Shown piece after piece: positions 20,873 to 30,119 of a stretch of DNA of 64,000 nt. Both the position numbers and the translations under genes were made by a program. Source of the DNA: an uncultured Rhodospirillaceae bacterium (lineage in GTDB: Bacteria; Pseudomonadota; Alphaproteobacteria; MPNO01; UBA2964); the NCBI GenBank assembly GCA_913052165.1, contig CAJXEC010000002.1, forward strand, positions 133-64,132, given 5' to 3'. Every line of letters starts with the position of its first letter. The first letter of the stretch is position 1. The notes under the pieces are model-generated. The model was given only the letters and a program-made list of their open reading frames with translations, made no database searches and had not been told where the DNA came from.

Positions 20873-21271
20873 CTATTCCTCGACTGTGACAGTCTCATAT
20901 TCTGCGGGAATGGTGAGTTCTAGTAGCTCGTAGTCTTCAGAATAGTACATCACATTGTGCTTTATTTTAGGCGGCTGGATCCAACAATCTCCCTCATTAA
21001 ATTCAACTTCGCCTTGGCCTTCAAACCAAACCCTGGATTTTCCTTTTAAAATCATGACCATCTGAAATTCAAGATCATGATAGTGAAGCCCACTGCCCTC
21101 TTCAGGGCACGGCTTAGTTGTGCGAACTATTTGCGCGTGGACGCGACCCATGGTGGCGTCGGAGATACCAAGGTCTCGATATTCCCGATATACTCGCAAT
21201 CCTCCGCTAACAAAAGGGTTTTCCTGGGCTCTGTTGACCACAAATTTTGACTGAATTTTTTCCGCTGACAC
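20873..21271 (-). CDS. cupin-domain protein
   Basis: About 132 aa with a cupin core (GLHYHDLEFQMVMILKG...GDCWIQPPKIKHNV). I prefer GTG 21271, 6 nt after an AAGGAGG RBS, over TTG 21277. Confidence 0.75.
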   Translation of the reverse strand: MSAEKIQSKFVVNRAQENPFVSGGLRVYREYRDLGISDATMGRVHAQIVRTTKPCPEEGSGLHYHDLEFQMVMILKGKSRVWFEGQGEVEFNEGDCWIQPPKIKHNVMYYSEDYELLELTIPAEYETVTVEE

Positions 21272-21390
21272 GATCAACCTCCTTTTCTCTGTGCTTCAGA
21301 ATAGTGTGCGATATTTTTTTGATTATTTGAAGATTTTACCTTCGACAGGAATCAGATAATAAAAACAGTTAGGAATTAAGGAGTATTGAA

Positions 21391-22458
21391 TTGAGTTCTT
21401 TTACACATATGGGTTATCCATCTCGGGTGATACTTGGGGCTGGGGCGATCAAAAGGTTAGCCGAGGAGGTAAGCCGTCTGAACAAGACGCGAGTAATGTT
21501 TTGTTGTACGAAGAGCCGGGTGCCTCAAGTGGAGAAAATCGCCGGTTTGCTCGGAGATAAAACCATTGGCATTTGCTCGGACGCTAAAATTTTTGTCCCG
21601 ATGGCGTCGGTTGAGGAAGGGCGCGCAATGGCAGCTGAATTAAAGGCTGATTGTCTGGTTTCCTTCGGAGGCGGGACAGCTGTAGGATTAGCGAAATCGA
21701 TAGCTCTAGAATTTGATATTCCGATAATTGCTATTCCGACCACATATTCAGGTTCGGAAACTACTCACATCCAAGGAATTATTCACCATGATGGGGTTAG
21801 ACGAAATAATTATGATTTAAAAATGCTTCCGTCGGTTTTGATTTATGATCCGGAGCTTGCAGTTGCCCTCCCTAAGGATACCTCTATTGCTAGTGGTTTA
21901 AATGCAATAGCCCATTCAGTCAGTTCTTTCCTAGGAAGAAATGCCAATCCTGTTACCGATATGTTCGCCGAGAGAGGAATTGGAGAAATGGCGGCGGCGT
22001 TGGTTAAAATTGCTCAAGATCCGGCCAACATAGATGCGCGCGCACAGGCTTTTCTTGGATCATGGTTGTGTGGTTCGACCATAATATCGGCGGGTACCAC
22101 ATTGCATCACAAAATGGTCCACGTGCTCGGTGGCGGCTGGGATCTTCCACATGGTCCCACCCACGGAATCATGTTACCCCACTCCACAGCCTATGTGGAG
22201 AGGGTTCAGCCTGATCCCTGTCGAAGAATTTCTCGTGCCTTGGGAAATGGCGAGCAGGATGCGCCTCGCGCTCTTTACGGACTTTTGGAGGCGTGCGGTG
22301 TGCCTCGCGGACTGAGAGACCTAGGGCTGGATCGAGAGGTTTTAACCGAGGCCACAGACAGAATTATGCTCGATCAATATTTTTGTGCGCGTCCTTACGA
22401 ACGGGATGAAATCCTGGCACGCTTGGAAGAAGCTTGGCGTGGCAGATCGCCGAGCTAG
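21391..22458 (+). CDS. maleylacetate reductase (iron-containing alcohol dehydrogenase family)
   Basis: 355 aa. N-terminus FTHMGYPSRVILGAGAIKRL, GGGTAVGLAK, and HHKMVHVLGG...HG metal-site pattern, as in TfdF/PnpE-type maleylacetate reductases. Confidence 0.8.
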   Translation: MSSFTHMGYPSRVILGAGAIKRLAEEVSRLNKTRVMFCCTKSRVPQVEKIAGLLGDKTIGICSDAKIFVPMASVEEGRAMAAELKADCLVSFGGGTAVGLAKSIALEFDIPIIAIPTTYSGSETTHIQGIIHHDGVRRNNYDLKMLPSVLIYDPELAVALPKDTSIASGLNAIAHSVSSFLGRNANPVTDMFAERGIGEMAAALVKIAQDPANIDARAQAFLGSWLCGSTIISAGTTLHHKMVHVLGGGWDLPHGPTHGIMLPHSTAYVERVQPDPCRRISRALGNGEQDAPRALYGLLEACGVPRGLRDLGLDREVLTEATDRIMLDQYFCARPYERDEILARLEEAWRGRSPS

Positions 22459-22506
22459 TCTTATGTGACGAGAAAGCAATTTGCTGTCGAACAAATAAGC
22501 AGGTTA

Positions 22507-23237
22507 TCAATTTTTCTGCTCTTTAAGCGCTTGATTTAGACGTGGTATTACCTGCTCAGCCGTCATTCGCAGAGATCTTTTGGTCAACGTTTCATCAACC
22601 CAGTCCATGCCAGCTACAATCAACGCCCAAAAGTTGCCAACTTCGGCCCGCAATAAAAAAATTGATCTACCACTCCGTTTACAGTGCCGGATACTACTAT
22701 GTCATCGACGATCCTGCCCGGTGTGAGGGCCTCATCTGGTTCTTCAGAATGCCCTCTAAAACTCCGCGTCTTCCGGCTCCTTTAAATTTGGTCAACAACT
22801 GGTTGTGGTAAAATCTATATGGGCTGTTTGCATCAAACTTTCCTTACCGAGAGGCCAGTATTTCATCATCTGCAATGAATATAATTCGAGCGATTTTTGA
22901 GTCCATTTGATTCGCTTTTATTCCTGCATCGTGAAAGCCTTGTTGATAATTTTGTCATGAGGAGGTTGGCGGAGAAGGGGTAGCAGTGAGGTCGTCCCAT
23001 TTCGACCACCTCTCTGGAAAATGATATTACCACCGAACCGACTATTTAAGGGTGAGGGTTTTTCAGTGGTTTTGGCATAACACCTAAGTCAAATCCCGGA
23101 TTGAAAAATGTTCTCAAACAATTGGATCATAGAAGCCGAGCTGATCACATACGATGATGGTTTCCCGATCATCTCGGGGGGTAGTTTGGTAATCCCGACT
23201 CAATAGGTTGATGGGCATGGTAATAAACGAGACGCAT
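22507..23237 (-). pseudogene. decayed LLM-class (luciferase-like) flavin oxidoreductase
   Basis: No long ORF exists, but minus-strand fragments in different frames resemble LLM proteins. FDLGVMPKPLKNPHP is followed by TAA. GTVNGVVDQF is another fragment. The C-terminal frame reads AEVGNFWALIVAGMDWVDETLTKRSLRMTAEQVIPRLNQALKEQKN then TGA at 22507..22509. Several stops and frame changes lie between them. The 5' limit is uncertain. Confidence 0.6.
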
Positions 23238-23278
23238 TTGACCTTCGTTATTACCCCTAGAGATCTAAATATTTTCTT

Positions 23279-24106
23279 TTATTGTTCCCTATTTGCATTA
23301 GGAAAAAACATTTGTTTACCATCAATACGAAAGTCTCTTATCGCATTTTGACCATCATTTGATAAAAGCCAATTGGTGAACTTTTTGACCAGGTCGTATT
23401 TTACGTGCCCGTGTTTTTTTTTGTTAACGGGTATTACGGAATACTGATTGAAAAGCGTCTTATCACCTTCCATGAGAATCGTATGATTTTTTTTATTTCT
23501 AAAAGCGGCCCAGGATGCCCTATCAGTAAGGGCGTAGGTATCCATCGCTACAGCTATATTTAATGTTGATCCCATTCCTGCGCCAAGCGATAAATACCAT
23601 CTTGTCCTTTGAGGGCTAAGTCGAGCCTTTTTCCAAATTTCTTTTTCCACAAGATGTGTCCCACTATCATCACCGCGCGACGCGAATAATTGCATTGAGG
23701 ACGCTATTTTCGAAAAAGCAATGGTTGCTTCCTCGACACCTCTTATTTTTGCGCTATCCGTTTTTGGCCCTACAATTACCAAATCATTGTACATTAATTT
23801 ATGACGTTTTAATCCGAACCCCTCTGCAACGAAGCTCTCCTCAGATGGGGGGTGATGGACAACAAGTACGTCCGCATCGCCGTTTCTTCCTATTCTTATC
23901 GCCTGTCCTGTTCCTGCAGCAATAACTCTAACTTTGATTTTTGTTGCTTTTTCAAACTTTGGTAGCAGGAATTTAAAAAGCCCTGAATTTTCAGTTGAGG
24001 TAGTGGATGCCAGCTTTATTACTTTTTCTGCAGATGCAGATGTCGAACAAATAATAGCGGCAATTAAAATAAGCCTGTTTATGACTGTGCTCAATATTGT
24101 CCCCAT
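23279..24106 (-). CDS. tupA: tungstate ABC transporter substrate-binding protein (TupA-type)
   Basis: 275 aa with a signal peptide. TupA-like motifs LASTTSTENSGL, AAGTGQAIRIGRNGDADVLVVHHP and MYNDLVIVGP. Confidence 0.8.
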   Translation of the reverse strand: MGTILSTVINRLILIAAIICSTSASAEKVIKLASTTSTENSGLFKFLLPKFEKATKIKVRVIAAGTGQAIRIGRNGDADVLVVHHPPSEESFVAEGFGLKRHKLMYNDLVIVGPKTDSAKIRGVEEATIAFSKIASSMQLFASRGDDSGTHLVEKEIWKKARLSPQRTRWYLSLGAGMGSTLNIAVAMDTYALTDRASWAAFRNKKNHTILMEGDKTLFNQYSVIPVNKKKHGHVKYDLVKKFTNWLLSNDGQNAIRDFRIDGKQMFFPNANREQ

Positions 24107-24810
24107 AATATCTCTCCGTTGAGAAAAGCCCTGGCTTCTATGGTTTTGGGTGAGTCGAAAAATTTCTCCGCTGAGCTGTGTTCTTTGAGAATGCCTCCAT
24201 AGAGAAAAATGATGTCGCCCCCAAGTCGTTTTGCTTGCCCCAGATCATGTGTTGTCATGACGATTTTTGTGCCGGATTTCCTAATCTCTTGAATAATTAT
24301 TTCCACCTCGGCTGTAGACCCTGGATCTAGATTGGCGGTGGGTTCGTCTAGAAAAAGAACGTCTGGTTCAAGCACCCATGCTCTAGCCAACGCGAGCCGT
24401 TGTTGCTCCCCTGCGGATAGAGACGTGGCTAATTGCTTAGCGGCTTCGGTAAGGCCAACCCTTCGTAAAATTTGTAAAACCCGCTGCTTAATTACGTCTC
24501 TTTTGGCCCCACGCAGCTTTAATCCGTAGGCCAGGTTCGCTTCCGCGGTTCGTTGAAGCATAATGGGCTTTTCAAAAACCATGGCCTGATTGGGGTTATT
24601 CGCATCTTGCTCTTTTCCAGTCCATTCGACCTGCCCTTCGGTTGGTTTTAAGAGCCCGTGGCAAACTCGAAGAAAAATGCTTTTGCCCGCGCCGTTGGGC
24701 CCAAGAATCACGGTGTTTAGGCCTTCGCTGATAGTCGCATTACACTTTAGTAATTGCTTGCCACCCGAGTGATAGGTGACGTTTTTTAGGGTTAGCGGTA
24801 ATTTATTCAT
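24091..24810 (-). CDS. tupC: tungstate ABC transporter ATP-binding protein (short form, no TOBE domain)
   Basis: 239 aa with Walker A GPNGAGKS, signature LSAGEQQR and Walker B LFLDEP. The lack of a ModC-type C-terminal domain favours Tup over Mod. Confidence 0.8.
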   Translation of the reverse strand: MNKLPLTLKNVTYHSGGKQLLKCNATISEGLNTVILGPNGAGKSIFLRVCHGLLKPTEGQVEWTGKEQDANNPNQAMVFEKPIMLQRTAEANLAYGLKLRGAKRDVIKQRVLQILRRVGLTEAAKQLATSLSAGEQQRLALARAWVLEPDVLFLDEPTANLDPGSTAEVEIIIQEIRKSGTKIVMTTHDLGQAKRLGGDIIFLYGGILKEHSSAEKFFDSPKTIEARAFLNGEILWGQY

Positions 24811-25538
24811 CTATTTGCCCTGGACCGACTGACTGAATCGGCAGTAACACTCGCGACTCCGTTTACGACAATCGAGAGCAAAACCAGAATAATACCAAGT
24901 GCCATCGCTAGAGCTAAATTTCCTCTGCTGGTTTCAAGTGCGATGGTGGTCGTCATTACTCGGGTGAAATGCTCAATGTTACCACCTACTATAAACACGG
25001 CTCCGACCTCCGCGATGGCCCTACCAAAACCCGCCATAATTGCGGTTACCAGAGATATTCGGGCATCCCATAAAATGGTCAGCATTATGTTCAGTGGAGT
25101 GGCCCCGAGAGATCGCAGTTGCTCTTCGTAGATCTCGTAGAGGGCCTGACATGTTTGTCTACTCAGAGCTGCCACGATTGGCGTAATAAGTATGGCTTGG
25201 GCAATGATCATAGCGGTTGGAGTAAATAGAAGGTCAAGGGCCCCAAGGGGGCCAGATCGAGATAAGAGGAGATAAACCGTGAGTCCGATAAAGACAGGAG
25301 GTAGCCCCATCAGCGCGTTGAGGAGAACGATTGATATTTGACGTCCTCGGAAGTTGTAAACGGTGAGAGCGGCTCCGAGGGGTAATCCGATGCTTGCAGC
25401 AATTAGGACTGCGCTTAAACTTACTGAGAGAGATAGGCTAACGATTTCTATCAGCCCTGCGTTGAATTCTGTAATTAAATCAAGAGCTAGTAACAGAGCG
25501 TCTAAAAAATTATTTGCCGTGTCTTCCGTCCCAGCCAT
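24807..25538 (-). CDS. tupB: tungstate ABC transporter permease
   Basis: 243-aa polytopic permease with an EAA-like loop (EEQLRSLGATPLN). Overlaps tupC by 4 nt. Confidence 0.8.
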   Translation of the reverse strand: MAGTEDTANNFLDALLLALDLITEFNAGLIEIVSLSLSVSLSAVLIAASIGLPLGAALTVYNFRGRQISIVLLNALMGLPPVFIGLTVYLLLSRSGPLGALDLLFTPTAMIIAQAILITPIVAALSRQTCQALYEIYEEQLRSLGATPLNIMLTILWDARISLVTAIMAGFGRAIAEVGAVFIVGGNIEHFTRVMTTTIALETSRGNLALAMALGIILVLLSIVVNGVASVTADSVSRSRANR

Positions 25539-25550
25539 GGAGCGGGACCT

Positions 25551-28334
25551 TTATTCCGCTGCAGCCGCGCCTTTATTCATAGGCTCGACTTTAGCCGCAC
25601 AGAACTTGAATTCCGGAATTTTTCCTAGGGGATCAAGTTGGGGGTTGGTTAAAATATTAGCCGCGGCTTCCGAAAAGCAGAACGGAACAAAGATCATATT
25701 TTCCGGAACTGAGCGGTCCTCCCTTGCTTTGATTGATATGTGTCCCCTCCGGGTTTTAATGCTTACCAATTCTCCTGGCTTGACCCCTAACCTCTCCATG
25801 TCTCTATAATTAAGACATGCAATTGCTTCCGGCTCTAAAGCGTCTAAATTCACTGCGCGCCGGGTCATCGCGCCAGTGTGCCAATGTTCAAGAAGTCTTC
25901 CAGTAGAGAGGATCATAGGATATTCATTGTCGGGTAGCTCATCTGGTGGAACAATATCTACAGGAACTATTTTTGCTCGTCCGCTAGAAGTCGGGAATCC
26001 GTCTCCGAATATTATTTCCTCCCCTGGGTTTTCGGGCGCCAGACAGGGGTAAGTCACAGAGTTTTCTCTCTCAACCCTTTCCCAGGTAATATTGGCCAAG
26101 GAAGGCATGATTTTTGACATTTCTGCAAAAACATCGCTGGGATCTTTATAATTCCAATCTAACCCTATTCTTATCGCTAATTCTTTAATGAGCTCCCAGT
26201 CTTGACGGGCATTGCCGGGCGGTTCTATTGCCGGACGAGCCATTTGTACTTGGCGATTGGTGTTGGTGAAGGTACCGGATTTTTCTGCATGGGCGGAAGC
26301 GGGTAAGACTACATCTGCGTGCCAAGCCGTTTCGGTGAGAAAAATATCTTGGACAACTAAGTGTTCTAGAGACGCCAAAGCTTCCCGTGCATGATTTTGA
26401 TCAGGATCGGACATGGCCGGGTTTTCACCAAGTATATACATCCCCTTGATTTGGCCTTGGAGAATTGAATTGACAATTTCTACGACTGTTAGCCCTCTTT
26501 GGGGATCTAAATCTTGTCCCCAAAACTCTTGGTATTGCTCGCGGATTTCTTTGCCTTCAACCGACCTGTAGTCGGGATAAAACATTGGGATCAGGCCTGC
26601 ATCTGAGGCCCCTTGCACGTTATTTTGTCCACGAAGAGGATGAAGACCTGTCCCGGGTCTTCCTACCTGCCCTGTCACTAGCGAGAGAGCGATCAGACAT
26701 CGCGCATTATTAGTTCCATGGACGTGTTGTGAAACCCCCATTCCCCAAAAAATGATGGAGGCTTTGGACGATGCGTAAATGCGCGCGACCTCTCGGATAA
26801 TATTTGCTGGTATACCACAAATTTTTTCCATCTTTTCGGGCGGGAAGTCCGAGATTTTCTGCTTTAACTCGTCATACCCATCTGCATTGGACTGAATATA
26901 TTGTTTGTCGGCTAAACCCTCTGAGATAATCGTATGAAGCATGCCATTGAGTAATGCGACGTCGCTGCCTGGTTTAAATTGAAGCATATGGCTCGCGTAT
27001 CTTCCGAGGCCAGATTGATGTCCCCTAGGGTCCATGACAATCAATTTTGCCCCTTTTTTTGCCGCGTCTTTGATATAAGTTGCGGCGACGGGGTGATTTT
27101 CTTCCGGGCGTGCCCCAATGACGATTATGCATTCTGCGTCCTTAGCGGCTGTAAAAGGTGCTGAAACAGCACCAGAATTCAAGCCCTCCATCAGTGCTGC
27201 AACAGAGGATGCGTGGCAAAGTCTGGTGCAATGGTCCACATTATTAGTTCTAAACCCCTGTCGGATGAGTTTTTGAAATAAATATGCTTCCTCATTTGAA
27301 CATTTAGCGGATCCAAAACCTGCTATCGCGTTGCCACCATCTCGCTGAAAGATTGCTTTTAGCCCAGAGGCTGCCCTGTCTAGTGCTTCCTCCCAAGTGG
27401 CTTCTCGAAAAACTTTCTCAATTCTTTCACTCCCAATTTGGATGTCTGCTTGCTTTGGTACATCATCTCTGCGGATTAAGGGTTGGGTTAGTCGGTCTGG
27501 GCTATGAACGTAATCAAATCCAAAGCGCCCCTTCACGCAAAGCCTATTGTTATTTGCTGGACCATTTTTACCGTCGACAAAGAGTATCTTAGAATCTTTG
27601 ACATTTACATTGGTTTGACATCCTACTCCGCAAAACGGGCAGAGTGTTTCCACGGATCTTGTCTCAAATTCTGTTCTTGTACCCGAGGCATTCAATAGGT
27701 TCGCTTCCATCAATGCACCTGTAGGACAAGCTTGCACACATTCCCCGCAAGCGACACAGGTCGACTCACCCATGTTTCTGTCGAAATCAAAAACAATTTT
27801 TGATTGATGGCCCCGATATGCGAGCCCAATTACATCATTTACTTGAACTTCACGACAAGCCCTGACACACAGATTGCAGTGGATACAAGCATCAAGGTTA
27901 ACGGCGATTGCCGAGTGAGAATTGTCCGGCTCAGGCTGGTCCGCGCTTGGAAGACGATTAGTTTTCGTCACCCCCATCGCATCAACCCACCCCCAAAATT
28001 TTGACTCAGGATCATGGCTGATCTGTCGCTCTGGCTGATCCGCCAGCAAAAGTTCAAAAACCATTTCCCGAGCTTTCTTGGCACGTGCTGACACCGTTTT
28101 CACTCGCATGCCCTCTGTCGGTTTTCTTATGCATGAGGCAGCGAGCGTTCGTTCACCCTCTACCTCGACCATACAGGCTCGGCAGTTTCCATCTGCGCGA
28201 TAGCCAGGATCTGGTTGCCAACACAAATGTGGTATTTCCACACCGGTCCTCGCTGCAGCCTCCCATATTGTCTCACTTGGTTCAGCGGTGATGGTTTTGT
28301 CATCAAGTTCGAAGGTGATTTTTTCAGACATCAT
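25551..28334 (-). CDS. fdsA: NAD-dependent formate dehydrogenase, catalytic alpha subunit (Cys type)
   Basis: 927 aa. It has an N-terminal 2Fe-2S motif (CRACMVEV), two 4Fe-4S ferredoxin motifs (CIHCNLCVRAC, CVACGECVQACP) and the MopB 4Fe-4S motif CPFCGVGC. The active site NNVDHCTRLCHASSV has Cys where E. coli FdhF has Sec. Confidence 0.93.
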   Translation of the reverse strand: MMSEKITFELDDKTITAEPSETIWEAAARTGVEIPHLCWQPDPGYRADGNCRACMVEVEGERTLAASCIRKPTEGMRVKTVSARAKKAREMVFELLLADQPERQISHDPESKFWGWVDAMGVTKTNRLPSADQPEPDNSHSAIAVNLDACIHCNLCVRACREVQVNDVIGLAYRGHQSKIVFDFDRNMGESTCVACGECVQACPTGALMEANLLNASGTRTEFETRSVETLCPFCGVGCQTNVNVKDSKILFVDGKNGPANNNRLCVKGRFGFDYVHSPDRLTQPLIRRDDVPKQADIQIGSERIEKVFREATWEEALDRAASGLKAIFQRDGGNAIAGFGSAKCSNEEAYLFQKLIRQGFRTNNVDHCTRLCHASSVAALMEGLNSGAVSAPFTAAKDAECIIVIGARPEENHPVAATYIKDAAKKGAKLIVMDPRGHQSGLGRYASHMLQFKPGSDVALLNGMLHTIISEGLADKQYIQSNADGYDELKQKISDFPPEKMEKICGIPANIIREVARIYASSKASIIFWGMGVSQHVHGTNNARCLIALSLVTGQVGRPGTGLHPLRGQNNVQGASDAGLIPMFYPDYRSVEGKEIREQYQEFWGQDLDPQRGLTVVEIVNSILQGQIKGMYILGENPAMSDPDQNHAREALASLEHLVVQDIFLTETAWHADVVLPASAHAEKSGTFTNTNRQVQMARPAIEPPGNARQDWELIKELAIRIGLDWNYKDPSDVFAEMSKIMPSLANITWERVERENSVTYPCLAPENPGEEIIFGDGFPTSSGRAKIVPVDIVPPDELPDNEYPMILSTGRLLEHWHTGAMTRRAVNLDALEPEAIACLNYRDMERLGVKPGELVSIKTRRGHISIKAREDRSVPENMIFVPFCFSEAAANILTNPQLDPLGKIPEFKFCAAKVEPMNKGAAAAE

Positions 28335-30031
28335 AAGTCCCCTGGGAAATATTTCATGACTGAAAGAAGTGGGTTAGGCGCGGCTTGTCCCAAGCCGCAA
28401 ATGGAAGCATCTGCCATTACATTTGCCAAATCGTTAAGGGTTTCCATATCCCACTTTGGTTCCGCCATTAGTGCTATCGCTTTCTCTGTCCCCTGCCGGC
28501 AGGGTGTGCACTGACCGCAGCTCTCGTCCTCAAAAAATTTCATAAGATTTAGCGCTACATCTTTCATGTCATCTTGATCAGAGAGAAAAATTACTGCGTG
28601 AGACCCAACAAAGCAGCCATGCTCTTCTAATGTTCCAAAATCTAACGGTAGATCGGCAAGGCTCTCAGGTAGTATGCCTCCAGAGGCTCCGCCGGGCAGG
28701 TAAGCTTTAAACGCATGTCCATCACTCATTCCATCGCAATAATTTATCAGAAGTTCACGAGCAGTCGTTCCAGCTGGCGCTAATTTTACGCCTGGATTTT
28801 TGACTCGCCCAGAAACCGAGTAGCTGCGAAGTCCTTTCGAACCTCGCACACCATGACTGGCAAACCAATCCGCTCCCTTCTCAAGGATTTTTGGAACCCA
28901 AATAAGAGTTTCGACATTATTAACGAGCGTGGGACGGTCGAAAATACCAGCTTGCGCAACATATGGGGGCCTGTGTCTGGGAAGTCCCCGTTTTCCCTCA
29001 ATCGACTCAATCATCGCGGACTCCTCCCCACAGATGTAAGCACCTGCACCGCGACGTAAATGAACCTTAGTATGATTTGTGAGGCCTGCTGTTCGTAAAG
29101 CTGAAATTTCTTTTAAAAGAATTTTGTAGACGGCTGGGTATTCATCGCGGAGATAAATATATATTGCTTCCGCCTCGACAGCCCAAGCGGCTATCAGCAT
29201 ACCCTCCAGAAATGCATGGGGCTCACGTTCTAGATAATGACGATCCTTAAAAGTACCAGGTTCACCCTCATCTGCGTTTACGGCCATCATCCTGGGACCT
29301 GGCTGTGATCGAACCAAATCCCATTTTCGGCCCGTCGGGAAACCGGCTCCACCCAGCCCCCGAAGCCCGCCATCAGATAGTGCTGCAATGACCTCGTCTC
29401 GTGACCTGCCACCTTCGATGCAAGATCGCAATATGTTATACCCCGTTGATGCCAGCCGCGCTTCTAAGTTTTCATAGTCCGGTATGATGGGGTCCCGGGT
29501 ACCAGATGCAATGGTAGATAAAACGCTATCCACAGCCGCATTATCAACGTGATGGTGACCTACTTCGCACACTGGTGCTTGGTCGCAACGACCCATGCAA
29601 GGTGCGCGTATGATGCGAACGTTCAGTGGGGATGATCTCTCCAGAGCCGACATAAGGGTATCTGCACCTTTAAGCATGCAGCTCAGAGAGTCACATACTC
29701 TTACGGTAGTTTCTGGAGGGGGAACCTGATCGTCATGGACGATATCAAAATGCGCGTAAAAAGACGCAGTTTCATAAACTTCTGACATTGGAATTCGCAT
29801 TTCCTCTGCCAGGGCATGTAATAGCCCGGCGGGAAGGAAACCTTTTTTATCTTGAACCAAATGCAGATATTCAATCAGAAGATCTCTGTTTCTCGGGGTG
29901 TCTCCGAGAATTACCCGAATCTCTTCAAGGTCTATGTCGTCTAGGACTCTTCCCTTCGGAAATCTCGGGGCCTTACGACGTCCTGAGCCCGGGTGGACTT
30001 TACTCGGCGTTGTTGTGGTGGGCTGGTCCAT
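28331..30031 (-). CDS. fdsB: formate dehydrogenase beta subunit, fused NuoE-like plus NuoF-like domains
   Basis: 566 aa. N-terminal NuoE-type 2Fe-2S motif (CDSLSC...CMGRCDQAP). NuoF-type GLRGLGGAGFPTGRKW FMN/NADH site and C-terminal ESCGQCTPCR cluster. 4-nt ATGA overlap with the alpha gene. Confidence 0.9.
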   Translation of the reverse strand: MDQPTTTTPSKVHPGSGRRKAPRFPKGRVLDDIDLEEIRVILGDTPRNRDLLIEYLHLVQDKKGFLPAGLLHALAEEMRIPMSEVYETASFYAHFDIVHDDQVPPPETTVRVCDSLSCMLKGADTLMSALERSSPLNVRIIRAPCMGRCDQAPVCEVGHHHVDNAAVDSVLSTIASGTRDPIIPDYENLEARLASTGYNILRSCIEGGRSRDEVIAALSDGGLRGLGGAGFPTGRKWDLVRSQPGPRMMAVNADEGEPGTFKDRHYLEREPHAFLEGMLIAAWAVEAEAIYIYLRDEYPAVYKILLKEISALRTAGLTNHTKVHLRRGAGAYICGEESAMIESIEGKRGLPRHRPPYVAQAGIFDRPTLVNNVETLIWVPKILEKGADWFASHGVRGSKGLRSYSVSGRVKNPGVKLAPAGTTARELLINYCDGMSDGHAFKAYLPGGASGGILPESLADLPLDFGTLEEHGCFVGSHAVIFLSDQDDMKDVALNLMKFFEDESCGQCTPCRQGTEKAIALMAEPKWDMETLNDLANVMADASICGLGQAAPNPLLSVMKYFPGDL

Positions 30032-30119
30032 TTCAGTTTGACTTTGCTTTATTCAATATCCTGGCACCATGGTGCTTTTATTCATGAGTTAAGATCGTTT
30101 CGCGACCAGTTATAACCCC

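Noticed and set aside
22542-22811. 89-aa plus-strand ORF in the gap after the maleylacetate reductase
   Set aside because: It lies antisense to the recognisable C-terminal part of the LLM pseudogene and has no family resemblance. It is best explained as a chance ORF in decaying sequence.
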